The notes beneath the pieces are model-generated. The model saw only the letters and a list, made by a program, of their open reading frames with translations, did not search any database and was not told the origin of the DNA. From Enoplolaimus lenunculus (Eukaryota), in assembly GCA_030248215.1 (NCBI GenBank), contig JASANG010000864.1:248001-312000 (forward strand): 64,000 nucleotides of DNA, read 5' to 3'. Both the position numbers and the translations under genes were made by a program. Positions 60,546 to 64,000 of the stretch are shown here, in pieces (position 1 is the first letter of the stretch; each line of letters begins with the position of its first letter).

Positions 60546-63500
60546 CCAACAGCTTCCATCACCATTGCTTTTAGCAATTGGGCTAGTTTGTCACCGGTAA
60601 AACTGAGCAACCCAACTGTATTTTTGATATCTTGCATATAAACGCTTATAAGTAATTTAACGGGATCAATTAAAGTTCCTCTATAAATCTAAAGGGGGCA
60701 TTAATTGATACCATAACGGGGAAAAAGCGTTAACTTAATATAGTATACTTGACTGTTCTTTCAGATATTACTTAACTTTGTACTAAAGCGCTCTGTATCT
60801 ATTTATTGTCTAATACTAAAATATAAAATTCTACAATTATTGTGGTTTTGCTTGTTTACTGCTAATTTTTCGGAGAGTTTGTTGATTGTTTGTAGGCAAC
60901 GCCGAACCGTGCCACGTTTACACTGATGGACGATTTGGCTTTGTTCAGCCTAATGAATGGAGGTAAGTAAACAAAAGTGTTTGCTTTTGGGTCCACCAGA
61001 TTTTTAAGTTTTAAAGTTTAACTCATTGCAATTCGGGGTCGCATTTATACGCAGTACGCACTTATTTTAGTTAAACGCGTTGAAGTCGGTGACCGTATTC
61101 TCAAATGTGTATAGCGCTAATAACACCAGCTATCGATAGCTTTTGAAACTGACCAACTTTATGCAACTTTAGATATCAAAATTGCCACAGAAGTAGTATA
61201 AGTCAAACGCGAAAAAATGGGCTGACGTTTGAGCCTAACCATTCACTGGTCCGAATACTACAAGACCTATTATCAACTGGTGATTGGTGCTCTACATACG
61301 TTTGAGAATACGGACTCAGATATCAATTACCGTTTTCGTATAACGGTATCGATTAAAGTGTTCCGGTTCAAAGAAAAATTTAATAGTTTTTAAAGAATAG
61401 AGGGCGTCCAGGTTTAAGGGTGCATCAGATTAGAACAAGTCTATTTTTTTCTGAAAGACTTTGTATTATAAAGTAAAATAAAATTTTGACCCCTACAACA
61501 ACATTTTAGAAACTTATTCTATAATGCGATTAAAAGTTCTTTATTGTGTGTCTAGAGAGACATTTTGGTGCTGTTAAGGTATATTCCCATCTTTCCATCC
61601 CTTACACCCCTGCTTATCTGCCGGCTGCATAACAAAGCTGACTGCGTCAGACCCGTATTTAAACTCCATCCACAGCTCTGTTGACAATAAAAATATTTAA
61701 CCGAGATACATAGCTTATTTACATGACGTGCATTATTCTATTTTCAAAAATCAATTACACGTTACTTAAACTCACTCAATGATATTAAAGGGTTTTTTTT
61801 CTCAAATTTCTGACAGTTTCATGTTGAGGCAACATTTTTTCCCTACGAAAAACTTGACGGTCTGTGTTCAGAAAAAAGTGTGCTACATACGCCGCTTGAG
61901 ATAACTTCAGCACACACTTCTTACCATTTGAACCGTGGCCCGGAAGTCGAACTTGGTCTATTCTAACGGCGGTCATATGTTTTGAAAATGAATGGGGCTC
62001 GCTTAGGGCGTCGCGGTTGTAACACTTAGTTGGCTTTAGCTGAAGTTTGATGATTGAAATTAATGGTGCAGTAGCTAAGTTTAAGAAGACTTAGGGAAGG
62101 CGTCGAGGTTCCGCTGGAATTGTGGCAAAAATTCATTTCCGGATCGTGTTCCTGTTACGGTATACAAGGACGCAAGAGGACGAATATTTACGGTTATGCG
62201 GCGAATTGTGTGAACTATGAAATTTGTTGCGTCAGAGGTGGAAAAATATTAAATATTGAATCGATTTTGCAACCTCGAATAATTGTCACTTATTCGACTA
62301 GGAAACACAATGTGAAATTCAGATGAATCATTTGTATCGCATAAGTTTTAGCACTGTACGTGGGGACGGTGATGGCGCACGTATCTCTTCCGTTACTGAA
62401 CAACTGATTCCATACCTTGGGATTAGTCTACCTACCTGCCCAGATTTTGCTGGTTTTGCTGAATTGTAATCGAAATAGACAATCAGAACTAGAAATTCTG
62501 TAATTGTTCGGATATTTTGCATTGGCAAACATAATATTGATTTAGGATGTCTGTTGGCTGGCAAAATTTTTCAAAAACGTCGCATGAACAAATTTGCGAT
62601 GATTTCTCGTTCTTAAAGCTAAACAACAATCAATTATTGATAAGTTAACTCAACCACAGCAATTTAATAGATAAATGATAGAGAATTTTTATGCAACGTA
62701 TCCCAACAAGTAGGATTACGACTAAAATTTGAAAATTCTGATTCCGATTGATTGCGCAATCGAAATCGGTATCGGAACTCGTTTAGAATCGGAATTCTAA
62801 ACGGAATAGGAATATGCTGGTATTTTTAACAATTAATAAGGCTTCTTAAACACCGAATGTTTTCATAAGTTTGACGATCTGGCAAAGGAAAATAAAGCTT
62901 TTCTTCGCCTTCAAGCCCAAGTGCAATAATACGTACGTAAATATATCTCGCGAAAACCACATATCTGAGCCGAACAAAATATTTTTGGTTTATTATAATT
63001 AAAAGCAATTTTATAACCAATTTTTGTATCAAAAACAAGCGTTTTTGTAATTTAATGCTTTGCAAACATGTGGAACTCCCGGAAATGTGTCTAAGTAAAG
63101 AAAAACGAACGCTAGCGTATTTTCTTGTTTAATGCGGTCATTTTTCGTTTTCGGCACAAAAACAGAAATTTGATCCGATTAGTTGTTGTATATTTCAATT
63201 TAAAAATTTAATTTTATAAGTTTCGTATTTTTAGGCATGAACAGTGCTGGCGGAAGCACCTCCAAAGCCTACCCCCATTTAGAGGGGGCGACCCTGGAGT
63301 GCCCCCATCTTGGCAAACTTAAAATCTGTTTCCGGGGATGGGCAGAGCTGTGCAACGTTTTATTGTAGGCCCGTCGGACCTGTTTGATGGCCAGACTATA
63401 ATAACGTCGGCCATGTGTACGGACTTATCATGCGTAAATGAAGGAACGGTTGTTAAAAATGTAAGAAATAATAGCTGGTATTCATCTCTCGTCCCGATGT

Positions 63501-64000
63501 TTTGGGTCACGAACTACTACGCGTCAGAAGCGGTCGCTAAAATGAATCATCGAGCGACCTCGTCTAAGCAATTTATGGTATTTCTTGGTTTCAAAAATCC
63601 GCTGAAGATATTTGTTGGTTTCAAAAATACTCTCCTGTCTCTATTTCGGTGTTTTGTTCGGTGACTTAACTTCAATATTAAAAACATTTTTGGAAATTGT
63701 TATTTAATCAAAATTGAATATGTAAAATTTGTAAAATTAACATAAAAGTTTTCAACAAAACTATTAACTTCTCGTTCGCGAACTATGCTATTAAAAGCGT
63801 TTTTCTACCGCAACCACTCAAAAGACATTTGACCCGGATATCAGAAGTAGAGAAGTCAGGTAAATTTAAATGAAAATTGTTTTCTTTGAGCCGTCTACGA
63901 AAGCTATTCGTTGGAGTTATAAGTCTCAAATGTTACTCTGTGGCTCGATTAATATTTTACAGGTAACTGTTAATTTGTCTAAAAGCATTTTAGTTGTTTT

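Noticed and set aside
61785..63664. Short ORFs near the 3' end of the window (61785-61976, 62120-62326, 63338-63664)
   Set aside because: No recognisable domain and no consistent exon chain.

Overview
Eukaryotic, intron-rich, AT-rich animal DNA, most likely a nematode (nematode-type U1 snRNA 5' end AAACTTACCTGGCTGGGGG; abundant TTAGGC repeats). Three protein-coding genes can be built by hand from splice sites. (1) The 3' part of a Dbx-class homeobox gene (+, 253-3702). (2) A two-exon Tctex1-domain dynein light chain of the TCTEX1D2/DYNLT2B type (-, 10242-11908), whose main exon is absent from the ORF track. (3) A complete 42-exon class V myosin (+, 17181-50309, about 1786 aa). Myosin intron 17 holds a decayed antisense L1/Tx1-type non-LTR retrotransposon. 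Its ORF1 position encodes a clear NADAR (YbiA/DUF1768) domain directly upstream of an APE-RT-CCHC ORF2; this is the most unusual feature of the window. Myosin intron 37 holds a sense-strand U1 snRNA and a short U1 3' fragment. Introns and intergenic DNA contain many MITE families, including 8-bp-TSD MITEs that carry telomere-like TTAGGC arrays, hAT-like MITEs, TA-TSD palindromic MITEs and a 1.5 kb foldback element, with several nested insertions. No gene could be supported in 50.9-64 kb. All coordinates were read by eye and no database search was run.
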